From contig OY970223.1 in NCBI GenBank assembly GCA_963714015.1, positions 2,624,001 to 2,688,000 on the forward strand: a stretch of 64,000 nt of DNA, given 5' to 3'. Within the stretch, counting starts at the first letter, position 1. Each line of letters opens with the position of its first letter. The notes below the pieces were generated by a model. That model had not been told where the DNA came from and searched no databases. It saw nothing but the letters and a program-made list of their open reading frames with translations. Below, piece by piece: positions 1-8,817 of the stretch. The translations under genes and the position numbers were made by a program. The DNA comes from Vulcanimicrobiota bacterium. Its GTDB lineage: Bacteria > Vulcanimicrobiota > Vulcanimicrobiia > Vulcanimicrobiales > Vulcanimicrobiaceae.

Positions 1-339
1 TATTTCGATGTCGAATGCCGCCTTGTCCGAAGCACCGAGCTTCGAAGCCAAGATGCAGGCGGTCGCGGGAAAGGGATAGTCCGGCGTAACTGTCGCGACG
101 ATATAGCAGTCGATGTCGGCCGGCGTCAGATCGGTCTTGCCCAGCGCCTTGTGCGCAGCAGCGATTGCCAGATCGCTCGTCGCCTCACCCGGAGAGGCGA
201 TGTGCCGGCGTTTCATGCCCGTCCGAGTAGTGATCCACTCGTCCGAGGTGTCCAGCACTTTCTCGAGGTCCTCGTTCGTCAGAATGCCGGCGGGCGCGTA
301 GTGGCCGACGGCGACAATCTTGACGCCGGTTTGGTTCAA
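1..339 (-). CDS. fabH: 3-oxoacyl-ACP synthase III, 5' part (truncated by window edge)
   Basis: Manual translation from TTG at 339: [48 protein letters not shown], the classic FabH N-terminus; lies downstream of rpmF. Confidence 0.95.
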   Translation of the reverse strand, partial: MNQTGVKIVAVGHYAPAGILTNEDLEKVLDTSDEWITTRTGMKRRHIASPGEATSDLAIAAAHKALGKTDLTPADIDCYIVATVTPDYPFPATACILASKLGASDKAAFDIEI

Positions 340-342
340 TTT

Positions 343-549
343 TTAGCCGTGCGTATGACCGGCGTGATCATCCTTTATTTCGATGACCTGACGCCCCGCG
401 TACGTCCCGCAATGCTCGCAGGCGAAATGCGGCCGTTTGGGCGCATGACACTGCGGACACTCAACTACCGTGACGGGGTTGAGCTTCCAGTTCGCCGCCC
501 GGCGGCTGCGCGTTTTGCTGCGCGGAGTCTTCCATTTCAAGTTGGCCAT
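343..549 (-). CDS. rpmF: 50S ribosomal protein L32 (CxxC zinc type)
   Basis: MANLKWKTPRSKTRSRRA...CPQC...PHFACEHCGTY; yceD-rpmF-fabH synteny. Confidence 0.97.
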   Translation of the reverse strand: MANLKWKTPRSKTRSRRAANWKLNPVTVVECPQCHAPKRPHFACEHCGTYAGRQVIEIKDDHAGHTHG

Positions 550-552
550 TGT

Positions 553-1026
553 TCAATCGTCCCCAGATTCTGTCGTACACGTGCACGCGCCCGTGTTCTT
601 GTTCTCTCCGCAGTTCGCGCAGATGCCCAAACAGTCGGCACTGCAGAGCACTCCCATCGGGAGCGAGCTTACCACGACCTGCGTCGCTAGATCTTTTACG
701 TCCAGACGGTCACCCGTCAACACGTTGCTCGGCCCGAACGGATCGTTTTGCGCTTCCGCTGCGGCGTCCAGTTCTTCGTCGACGTCGAAGTGCAATTGCC
801 GGTCGACGTCTACCAGGCACCTGTCGCACTCCCCCCGCATCCGCACGTCGACCGTGCCCCTCACTTCGAGCACGTCCCCCGACGCAGTCACGTTCAATCG
901 AACGCGAGCCGGCTCAGTGAAGCGAACCGCCTCGAACGGTTCAAGGGCAACCTGCTCGTCGAGCAGCAACTGCCTTCGTCCGCCGGCAAGCAGGCTGCTG
1001 ATGTCAACCTTATACGAAGAAGCCAT
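553..1026 (-). CDS. yceD: YceD/DUF177 family protein
   Basis: CDRCL and LPMGVLCSADCLGICANCGENKN motifs; directly upstream of rpmF. Confidence 0.93.
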   Translation of the reverse strand: MASSYKVDISSLLAGGRRQLLLDEQVALEPFEAVRFTEPARVRLNVTASGDVLEVRGTVDVRMRGECDRCLVDVDRQLHFDVDEELDAAAEAQNDPFGPSNVLTGDRLDVKDLATQVVVSSLPMGVLCSADCLGICANCGENKNTGACTCTTESGDD

Positions 1027-1142
1027 AACATAGAGGAAGGCCCCCGAGCGGAGCCTCCTGGACTCGGGTCATTGTAGACGCCTCAGGAGCGCCTTGTCAA
1101 ACGCGCCCGTCGGCGGTAATGACCGGCCGAAAGGAGACTCGC

Positions 1143-1460
1143 ATGGGCTTCAGCCTCGGCAACATTCTCAAAGGTGCCGTATCCGGCGTCGAAACGCTGG
1201 TAGAGACGGGAAATCCGCTCGCGGCAGCCGGCGCCGCAGCGGTCACCGCCGTTTCGGGCGGATCTTCAGGGGGATCCGGCCCAACCTTCGACCCGCTGCT
1301 GGACGAAATGAGCGCCTCGCTCAACCCCGGCAGCCCGCCGCAGCTCTACTCGTACTCCCAAATCGCCGGTTTGGACGGGAACGGCAATTCGACCCGCGGG
1401 CAAGTGCCCAGCCTGGGCTCGATCGTCGATGGCGACGACGACGGCGACTCCTCGGACTGA
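1143..1460 (+). CDS. Small Gly/Ser-rich hypothetical host protein
   Basis: AGGAG RBS before ATG 1143; MGFSLGNILKGAVSG...GNP start resembles the gene at 2702. Confidence 0.65.
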   Translation: MGFSLGNILKGAVSGVETLVETGNPLAAAGAAAVTAVSGGSSGGSGPTFDPLLDEMSASLNPGSPPQLYSYSQIAGLDGNGNSTRGQVPSLGSIVDGDDDGDSSD

Positions 1461-1558
1461 CTGCGACTAGCGATGCAATGGGCCCAAAGGCACTGTATTC
1501 ACTTTCGCTGCTGTTCTACGCTAAAAATCGCTTGCTTATTTTGCAGCTAAGGAGTCTT

Positions 1559-2581
1559 ATGTCGCTCTTACGTTTTACGGGCGCAGCAATCAGCGCGGCG
1601 GTCGCCGGCGCGGTGCTGGCGGCTTGCAGCAGCTCAGGCAGCCAAGTAACCCCCACTTCGCCGCTATCCGTGCGGCAAGGCCCCAGCATGGCCTCGCACA
1701 TGCTCCGCCACGTTTCGCCGACCGGTGCCCTCGAGTTGCCGCCGAACAGTCACCCGTTGCCGGTGTTTTCCTCGCAAAGCGAGGTCCCAGCCGGCACGGG
1801 CAAACTTTACGTTTCCGACTACAATGCCAACGATGTCCTGATCTATAACTCATACGGCCAGAACCAAAAGCCGACGGGGAAAATTACGAACGGCATTTCC
1901 GGCCCGCTGGGAACATTCGTCGGCCCAGCAGGGACACTCTACGTTACTAACCTCGGCAATAGCACGGTGACGGTGTATCCGGCCGGTCATCTGAAGCCCA
2001 GTGAGACGCTTACGGCCAGTGAGCCCATCAGTGTCGTCGTCGACTCCCAAGGCACGATGTACGTTTCCGAATATGCAAACAGCCAAGTCGTCGAGTTCGA
2101 CAAAGGCGCGACCTCGCCAACCCGCACAATCTCGATCAGCTCGCCGGAAGGCGTCTGGCTCGACAAATTTTTGAATCTGTACGTCTCGTACAACGACGCC
2201 AGCGACAACGGCCACGTCATGAAGTTCAAACACAAATCCACCTCCGGAACCGACCTCGGAATTAGCGAAGGTTTCGCAGGCGATGTAAAACTCGATCCCC
2301 AGGGCAACCTCCTGCTGGGAGACCAGACCAATCAGGTGATCAACATCTATGCGCGCGGAACAACCTCGCCGGCGCGCACCATCAGCACCTCGGGCTACGA
2401 TGCGTATAAGTTCTCGCTGAACAAGGCCGACACACGTGTCTACGACGCTCCGGGGGGCACAGCCACCGTACCGGTCTACAGTTACACTACCGGGGCGCTC
2501 GTGAACACAATCAGCAGCGGCCTCACGTCGGCTTACGGAGTGAGCAATTCTCCGCCGTCGGCGTTCGGCACGCCTTTCTAA
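1559..2581 (+). CDS. NHL-repeat beta-propeller lipoprotein
   Basis: AAGGAG RBS; lipobox LAAC; repeated P-x-G-x-x-x-D-x-x-G-x-L-Y-V units. Confidence 0.85.
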   Translation: MSLLRFTGAAISAAVAGAVLAACSSSGSQVTPTSPLSVRQGPSMASHMLRHVSPTGALELPPNSHPLPVFSSQSEVPAGTGKLYVSDYNANDVLIYNSYGQNQKPTGKITNGISGPLGTFVGPAGTLYVTNLGNSTVTVYPAGHLKPSETLTASEPISVVVDSQGTMYVSEYANSQVVEFDKGATSPTRTISISSPEGVWLDKFLNLYVSYNDASDNGHVMKFKHKSTSGTDLGISEGFAGDVKLDPQGNLLLGDQTNQVINIYARGTTSPARTISTSGYDAYKFSLNKADTRVYDAPGGTATVPVYSYTTGALVNTISSGLTSAYGVSNSPPSAFGTPF

Positions 2582-2603
2582 GCAACAAGCACCGGAATTT
2601 AGG

Positions 2604-2643
2604 GCGGAAAAGGGGGCGCAGCGGCGTCCCCTTCTTTTTTCCG
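2604..2643. terminator. Probable bidirectional intrinsic terminator
   Basis: GC stem (ggggcgc/gcgtcccc) flanked by A and T runs, right after the NHL gene stop. Confidence 0.65.
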
Positions 2644-2701
2644 TCCGCATCTTGACGAACCGGCCCGAATGCGTGATGGAACCGCGAATTAGGAGGACAA
2701 G

Positions 2702-3000
2702 ATGAACATCTTAAACGCGCTGGTAGGCGGCGCCGAAGGCTACCTGATGAGCGGCAATCCGGCGACCGGACTCGAAATGGGTGCCATGGGCGCGCTTGAC
2801 GGCGGCAGCTCGATCGACGGTTTGAGCGGCAGCCTTGGGAATCTGACCGGCTCGATCGGCAACGCCGGACTGGGAGCTCTCGACGCTCAGGATGAAGCGT
2901 TCCAACTCTCGATGTACGCCGAACAGATGCGCCATCAGGATCAAATGCAGCCTGCAGTCGCAAGCATTTGACGAGATGATGGACGAGAAGTCTGAGAACT
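2702..3000 (+). pseudogene. Host Gly-rich/coiled-coil gene, apparently interrupted by prophage integration
   Basis: Strong AGGAGG RBS. The frame shifts near 2950 (QDQMQ / LQSQAFDEMMDEKSEN) and the helical Met/Gln/Glu-rich composition ends abruptly at about 3000, where phage-like sequence begins. Confidence 0.5.
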
Positions 3001-3069
3001 TAAGCGCCTATCCTGGCATTACGCTCTGTCACCATTTGAGGGATAGCCGTAATGCCGAAATCCGCCTAA

Positions 3070-3258
3070 GTGCCTCGTCGCAAGCAGTACGCCACCGCGG
3101 CGGAGCGAATCCGGGCCAAGCGTAAGCGCCGCATTAAGCGCCTTCGGGAAGCCGGGCTCTGCATCGTCTGCGGTAACAATCCGGTTGGGCCGGATCGTAC
3201 GACCTGCGATACGTGTGTGGAAAAGGCGAATACCCGGCGGAAAAAACGGCGGAAATGA
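3070..3258 (+). CDS. Small basic Cys4 zinc-finger protein, probable DNA-binding
   Basis: Arg/Lys-rich helix plus GLCIVCG...TCDTC; paralog at 45305. Confidence 0.75.
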   Translation: MPRRKQYATAAERIRAKRKRRIKRLREAGLCIVCGNNPVGPDRTTCDTCVEKANTRRKKRRK

Positions 3259-3335
3259 CTCTGTCACCGTACCGCCGCTCGGCTGCGTCCACTACAATAG
3301 GAACCCCAGAGCGACCGCTTTAGAGAGGTGTCACA

Positions 3336-4304
3336 ATGCGTCGTATCGCCGTTCTTCTCGCAACCCTGGCCTTCGCAGCGTGCGGAGGCGGCGGCTCTTC
3401 ACCGATTCCTACCGTCACGCAACCGCCGACCACGCATAAGGTCAGCATCGGTGCGGGCTTTGCGAAGTCGAACATCAACCAGAGTCGCGGCCGCCGCACG
3501 GCGATGGACCGGGCACTCGATGTAAGCCTGCTCTCGCTGCCGCCGACGTATCAGATCGACGTTCCCGACCCGTACATCACCCAGCAGCCCGGCGAGACCG
3601 GTGCACCCTGGATATTCGTGTATCTGAACACCAGCGACGGGACCTTGGCTGGCCTCCCGAATCCGCTTCCGACTCCCGCATACGCGCAGACCGGACCCAG
3701 CATTCCGGTTTTGACGGTGAATCCGGCCCCGATGCCTACGCCCTCTACGGCTCCGGTGGAGCTCGGCTACGAGACGCTGGGACGGCCAACGCAGCCCGGC
3801 ATCATCGCAATCACTGCGTCGGCGCCGGTGAACGGCCAGACGCTGAGCGCGAACGTTACGATCGACGCGTACCCGGCCATGTGCATCATCGCGCCGAACA
3901 GCTATCAGAACGACGGTTGCGTTGCCGGCCTCTATTGGGACGCGGCCGGCGGCGAGCATACGACGACTGACACCACTCAAGCCGACGCGTACATGGTCCT
4001 CAACAGCGGCGGAACGACGTCGTTCGTTTTCAATAGCGGCGCGACGACGGTCGCCAGCTCAGACGGCCTCATTCCCATGACGAGCTGCCCGAGCGTCGCT
4101 GCAGGTCCCACGACGATTCCGAGCCTCGCGATCGATCAGACGGTCCCGGTTATCGCTTTCAAGACCGCAACCGGATTCTGCGTGAAATGGCAAGCCGACT
4201 CGTTCGATTCTGGCACCGGATCGGGCGGCGTGAACACCGGCAACATCGGCGAGGCGTACGGGATGTACCTCGTCTCGGATGCGAGCGGGAACTTCGCTTA
4301 CTAA
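3336..4304 (+). CDS. Secreted lipoprotein (moron)
   Basis: GAGG RBS; MRRIAVLLATLAFAAC lipobox followed by GGGGSS linker. Confidence 0.8.
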   Translation: MRRIAVLLATLAFAACGGGGSSPIPTVTQPPTTHKVSIGAGFAKSNINQSRGRRTAMDRALDVSLLSLPPTYQIDVPDPYITQQPGETGAPWIFVYLNTSDGTLAGLPNPLPTPAYAQTGPSIPVLTVNPAPMPTPSTAPVELGYETLGRPTQPGIIAITASAPVNGQTLSANVTIDAYPAMCIIAPNSYQNDGCVAGLYWDAAGGEHTTTDTTQADAYMVLNSGGTTSFVFNSGATTVASSDGLIPMTSCPSVAAGPTTIPSLAIDQTVPVIAFKTATGFCVKWQADSFDSGTGSGGVNTGNIGEAYGMYLVSDASGNFAY

Positions 4305-4367
4305 AACTTTCAAGACCGTGTGGTATAGTCGAAGAGCTCAATCGACCTTGGAATGTCAAGAGTCCCG

Positions 4368-4395
4368 AAGGGACCGGTTTCAGCCGGTCCCTTTT
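4368..4395. terminator. Intrinsic terminator between convergent genes
   Basis: Perfect 10-bp stem aagggaccgg/ccggtccctt followed by a T run. Confidence 0.8.
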
Positions 4396-4399
4396 CAGT

Positions 4400-5953
4400 T
4401 TACGGCGTCAGAATCGCTGCCGCCCCAGGGGCAACGGTCGTGACCGCCGGTCCCTTTACGTCGATGCTGCCGCCGTCTAAGACGTCTGATCCGCTGATGA
4501 CGAGCGAATGATTCAACCCACTCGCGTACTGAATCGGCACCGATGACGCTCCGGGATTGACGGCGACCGCGCAGTGTCCGACGTACACTTGCCAGGCGTA
4601 GCAGGCGTTATAAAAGCGTTCGTACGCGCCACCACTGTAGTGATAGTTCGATACGTCGGAAGCGCGGTACGCGGGCTGCAGCGCCACGAAACCGGTTTCC
4701 GGGAAAACCTTTACCGTGCTCTTCGTTTGCAGCCATTCTTGAAAGATCGTGAAGTTCGGATCGTACGTCAGGAGAAACGATGCGTAAACGAACATCCGCT
4801 GCGCAATCGCTGCCGGCGAATCGGCTTGCTGCGTCGACCACGAGCCATCGGCGTACGCCCAGAACGTTCGGCCAGCCGCAATCGTGCTGATCTCCGTGTC
4901 TTCCGTTGCGATCCAATTCTGCGCGCCGTCGACGTAAGAGGCTTCGTACTCGCCCCCCGTTTCGGTGGACGCTGCGAGGCCAGCGATCTGATTCTGATAG
5001 GTCACGCCCGGCGGCGGATCTTCGTACGATTCCGGGGTGGAGAGCGTGTTCAAATAGAGTTGCGCGCCGTGCGTATTGATCCGCGAGAGCACCGATACGA
5101 CGAGCGCCGTCCACTGCGCGGGCGAAACGTACGAACACGGCTGCGCGTTGGCCTGATAGAGATTGTTCGCGTTATCGAAGAAGATCGCGTCCGGCTGCGT
5201 TCCCAGATACGCGTCGCGCGTGTCGACGATCCATTGCACGTACGCCACGGCATCGGGCTTTGAGAGGTCGGCAAAGTACCCGGTTCCGTGGTAGGTTTGC
5301 ACGGTTTGGCCGGTGCACGTTTTGGCTTCAATGTCGGGAAATTTCTTGAGCGCTGCGATCTCGATCCAATCTCCGCCGTTGGGCTCGAATGGGTCCTCGT
5401 ACGCAACGGTTTTGATGCCGGCGTTGTGCGTCGGAACATACTGCCCGCTGCACGCATAGTCGAAGGTGAGATACGGTGCGAGCTGCGCGGCCGTCTGCGG
5501 ATCGCAGTAATCCGCGGTCTGCACGTGCATGGGTACGTGCGTTGGGAGCGGCGAGGGGGAAATCGTGGGAAGCGGTGTCGGCGTTGGATTCGCCGTTGGG
5601 ATCGGCGTTGCGCTAGGAGTTGGACTCGCTGTCGGTGTTGCAGTCGGCACCGGGGAAGTAGAAGGCTCGGGCGTGGGCGACGGACCGATCGCTGAGGGAG
5701 TCGCGCTGGGCGTACTCGTCGACCGCGGCGATGACGTCGGCGTAGGTAACGGGCTTCGCGTTGGGATCGGCGTGAAGGAAGGTTGTACCGTCGGTGGTGG
5801 TGACGATGAGCGTCTGGGAGTGGGCCATGCCGTGGGTTTCGGCGAGGGAGACGATGTTACTTCCGCCGTTGGAATCGGCGAAGGCGTCGGATTCCCACCG
5901 TGACCGCATGACGAAAAAAGCGCCAGTATCACGGCGCCGATGAAAGCCTTCAT
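4400..5953 (-). CDS. Lipoprotein with Pro/Thr linker and putative glycoside hydrolase (TIM-barrel-like) domain
   Basis: Lipobox LFSSC; about 110 aa PT-rich linker; DAIFFDN and GGEYE acidic motifs typical of GH barrels. Confidence 0.65.
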   Translation of the reverse strand: MKAFIGAVILALFSSCGHGGNPTPSPIPTAEVTSSPSPKPTAWPTPRRSSSPPPTVQPSFTPIPTRSPLPTPTSSPRSTSTPSATPSAIGPSPTPEPSTSPVPTATPTASPTPSATPIPTANPTPTPLPTISPSPLPTHVPMHVQTADYCDPQTAAQLAPYLTFDYACSGQYVPTHNAGIKTVAYEDPFEPNGGDWIEIAALKKFPDIEAKTCTGQTVQTYHGTGYFADLSKPDAVAYVQWIVDTRDAYLGTQPDAIFFDNANNLYQANAQPCSYVSPAQWTALVVSVLSRINTHGAQLYLNTLSTPESYEDPPPGVTYQNQIAGLAASTETGGEYEASYVDGAQNWIATEDTEISTIAAGRTFWAYADGSWSTQQADSPAAIAQRMFVYASFLLTYDPNFTIFQEWLQTKSTVKVFPETGFVALQPAYRASDVSNYHYSGGAYERFYNACYAWQVYVGHCAVAVNPGASSVPIQYASGLNHSLVISGSDVLDGGSIDVKGPAVTTVAPGAAAILTP

Positions 5954-5963
5954 GGATGCTCCT

Positions 5964-7400
5964 CTAGGGCGTCGCCCAGGCGTGGAATGCGTCGTAGCGC
6001 GGATCGTTCACCCACGAACCGCTCGCGATGGAACCGAGTCCAATCGCGCTAAAGGGACCCCCGCCGTCGTCGCCGTCCCAAATCGACGCGTTCACGATGC
6101 ATGCGATCTGCGGGTCTTGCAGCGCAACGCCGTACGCAGCGGAGAGATCGTGAGCGGCGACTTGCGGATCGAGTCCGTACGCGCTCGTATCGCTTGCAAA
6201 TCCGGTTTCCGTCAGACAGATCGGCGGACGCTCACCGTTCTGCGCAGCGATCGCCTCAACGCCTTTGTAGTTCAGCCATTGATTCTCGTAGGTCAATCCC
6301 CAAGAGACGGACGGCGGCATCTGCCAGGCGAAATTGTGAACCGAAAGACCGTCCCAGCAGGCGCCGATCTTGCAGCCGGAAGCGTAGATATTCGTAAGAT
6401 CGGTGAACAAGTTCGTGTGATTGCCGCCGCCGTTTGCGAGGCCGGGGCCGTAGACGGTCAGACTCGGATCCGCTGCTTTCACGGCGGGGTAGCCCGCTTT
6501 GAGAAACGCTGCGATGCCGGCGCCGGTGTCTGAATCCATGAACCAATAACTTTGGTTTGGCTCGTTCATCAGCTCGACTTGCGCAATCTGCGGGAGACTT
6601 TGCTGGGCCATCTGCGCGTTGTGCGCGACGATCCAACGCGTCACGGTCGCCGCATACGTTCCGTAATCGGTAGCGTTCGCGAAAGCTTTGTTCATGCCGA
6701 TTGTCTGCTGAATCCGCGAACCGCCGTACTGCAAGATGATCGGGAACATCGCAATGCCGTGCTGCGCTAAATGCGTTGCGATGTAGTCGTACGCCGTCCA
6801 GTTGGCGTCTAGGCCGTTGAGATTGCCTTGCAAGCCGCCCCAGATGAATGAAGCCTGAATCTCCACCCGTGCGCACGTTGCACCGGCGTTCGCCGCGGCT
6901 TGTTCCGCTGAATCGATGAGCGTATTGGCCGGAACGTTCGGAAGGTTCTGGCACGGGTTGTGCGAGCAGTCGCGGATCGTCTGCTCCTCGAGCGTCCAGG
7001 TATGGCCCATGACGCAGTAGCGACCCTTCGGCGCCGGCGGATGCGAGACGGGCGGCATATAGACTTGCGCGGGCGTCGTGACGGTAAACGTTGCGCCGTT
7101 CGAAGAGACGACGTACGCGACGCCTGGCGTGCGGCGCCAGCGAATCGCGACGCTGTTTGCGCCCACTCCGCCGTAAGCGTAGACGGTTGCGGCAGGCGAA
7201 ACGCTCGCACTCGTTTGAACGGGTCCTGCTGCGAAGCGAAGCACGAGCGGCGTATCGTACGGCATGGTGCCGCCGTTCTGTATCGGATAGCAGAGGGTCG
7301 GCGTAATCGTGGTGCAGGCCGACTGAATCGCCGGTGAAGATTGCGCGGCCGGATGAGCAAGGTGCAGCGCGGTCAAGAGCGCGATGAAGAGATGCTTCAT
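5964..7400 (-). CDS. Secreted clan GH-A glycoside hydrolase (GH5/GH39-like)
   Basis: Signal peptide; ELMNEPN acid/base, WDGLSVH and ICLTETGF nucleophile motifs. Confidence 0.8.
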   Translation of the reverse strand: MKHLFIALLTALHLAHPAAQSSPAIQSACTTITPTLCYPIQNGGTMPYDTPLVLRFAAGPVQTSASVSPAATVYAYGGVGANSVAIRWRRTPGVAYVVSSNGATFTVTTPAQVYMPPVSHPPAPKGRYCVMGHTWTLEEQTIRDCSHNPCQNLPNVPANTLIDSAEQAAANAGATCARVEIQASFIWGGLQGNLNGLDANWTAYDYIATHLAQHGIAMFPIILQYGGSRIQQTIGMNKAFANATDYGTYAATVTRWIVAHNAQMAQQSLPQIAQVELMNEPNQSYWFMDSDTGAGIAAFLKAGYPAVKAADPSLTVYGPGLANGGGNHTNLFTDLTNIYASGCKIGACWDGLSVHNFAWQMPPSVSWGLTYENQWLNYKGVEAIAAQNGERPPICLTETGFASDTSAYGLDPQVAAHDLSAAYGVALQDPQIACIVNASIWDGDDGGGPFSAIGLGSIASGSWVNDPRYDAFHAWATP

Positions 7401-8329
7401 TGACCGATTGCCGCTCCAATCGGACCCTGCAATCCGGTGCTTACGCTATAACGCGCTTGCGTTGAGAAGTTCTCCACAATGACATCACCCGCGCCGTTGT
7501 GGCCGTCGCCCATCTGCGGCAGCACCATTTCTCCGGCAGCATCGCGCGTTGCATACGCGACGTAAAAATCATGGTTATCCAAAACATGCAGCAACGTGTA
7601 GTTCGGCCCGCCATATTCGGCGACAGGAATCGGGCACGGACCCGCTGCGTACAGATTGCCCGCAGCGTCGACGCTGAGCGAGAAAACCTGAACGCTCGCA
7701 CGCGCGAAGATCGAGCGATGCGTTCCCAAGAACGCGCCTACGGGATACTCGTACACCTCTTCGACCGCTTCGCACATAACGTACGTCGGCCACGCATCGC
7801 CGATGCCGGAAATCGACACGAACACGTCACCGGCGCTATCGACCGCAATACCGCGCGGCGCGTATCCTGTCGGCGTGTTGACACTTTTCAGGTAGGTCCC
7901 GTTCGAAGAGTACTCGACGATCTGACCGCCGGACGTGCCGTGTTGCCAGGAATCCGCAACGTACACGGTGCCGTCGCTTCCGACCGCGACGTTCATCGAA
8001 TGATGCAAGTTCCACCAGAAGCGATGGATGACCCAACGCGCACCGGAGGCGTATTCCATGACGCCGTTCAGCGTTGCGACGTACACGTGTCCTGCGGTAT
8101 CCGTTGTGACCCCGCCGACATTCGGCAAGCCGCGCACCGCTCGAAGCGGCGCAGCGTCATTCTGCCCGGCCGGATAGACCAAAAGCGCGTTTTGCGGGCG
8201 GTCGGCGACGTAAAGGTAACGCGCAGCGGGAGCGTTATGGACCGATTGGACGGAAACGGGCGTCGGAATGGAGGCACTTGCGCATCCGGAAATGACAATG
8301 CACGCGAGCAATGCTAGGGCAGATCGCAT
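7397..8329 (-). CDS. NHL-repeat lipoprotein (moron)
   Basis: MRSALALLACIVISGC lipobox; YLYVAD, PRGIAVDSAGDVFV repeats; same family as the host gene at 1559. Confidence 0.8.
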   Translation of the reverse strand: MRSALALLACIVISGCASASIPTPVSVQSVHNAPAARYLYVADRPQNALLVYPAGQNDAAPLRAVRGLPNVGGVTTDTAGHVYVATLNGVMEYASGARWVIHRFWWNLHHSMNVAVGSDGTVYVADSWQHGTSGGQIVEYSSNGTYLKSVNTPTGYAPRGIAVDSAGDVFVSISGIGDAWPTYVMCEAVEEVYEYPVGAFLGTHRSIFARASVQVFSLSVDAAGNLYAAGPCPIPVAEYGGPNYTLLHVLDNHDFYVAYATRDAAGEMVLPQMGDGHNGAGDVIVENFSTQARYSVSTGLQGPIGAAIGQ

Positions 8330-8365
8330 AGGAAAAAACCTCGTAAAGCGAAGGTGTAAGAACAG

Positions 8366-8411
8366 AAAAAGCCCCGCCGCAGCCCAATCCTTTGGGCCGA
8401 AGCGGGGCTTT
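8366..8411 (-). terminator. Intrinsic terminator at end of lysis/late operon
   Basis: aagccccgc...gcggggctt stem followed by TTTTTCTGTT on the minus strand. Confidence 0.7.
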
Positions 8412-8445
8412 GGTACATCCATGTTATGCCAGAGGCATACGTGAT

Positions 8446-8755
8446 CTACGGCGGCGAGTTTTGCCTGAAGATTCTTCAGGAACGCGATGCCTGCGGCGAC
8501 GAAAGCCGGCGCGCCTTGGGAGAGCGCGGCAGCGAGATTCGCCTCTTCCGATTGCAGCGCGCTGCCGACGATCGGCGAGAGCCACGCCGGAACGATCTTC
8601 TCGAGCGCCGCGTTGACGTTCGCCTCGGAGGGCGATGACCCGACAGCAGGAGCAACCGCTTCAACTTCGGCGATGATCGTCGCCTCGTTGGCTTGCGCTT
8701 CATTGGCGACAAAGCCGACAACGGCGGCTTCCAGTTTTTGAATGAAAGAACTCAA
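8446..8755 (-). CDS. Amphipathic hypothetical protein in lysis cassette
   Basis: TTG start after AAAGG. The apparent read-through into the terminator is probably a 1-nt error near 8450. Confidence 0.5.
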
Positions 8756-8817
8756 GATATGACCTTTCTGCAGAAATGGCAGCGCTGACCGGGCTGCGCG
8801 CGGTTTGCGAAGCAAAA

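Noticed and set aside
3008..3056. HDV-like (theta) ribozyme call
   Set aside because: Lacks the P1.1 pairing and J4/2 catalytic strand; kept only as an unassigned pseudoknot.
5530..5900. Pro/Thr-rich low-complexity DNA as a repeat element
   Set aside because: Ordinary coding linker of a secreted enzyme; the same applies at 18370-18450.
7397..8815. 472-aa fused ORF in the track
   Set aside because: It reads through a terminator and joins two separate genes, the second with its own lipoprotein signal.
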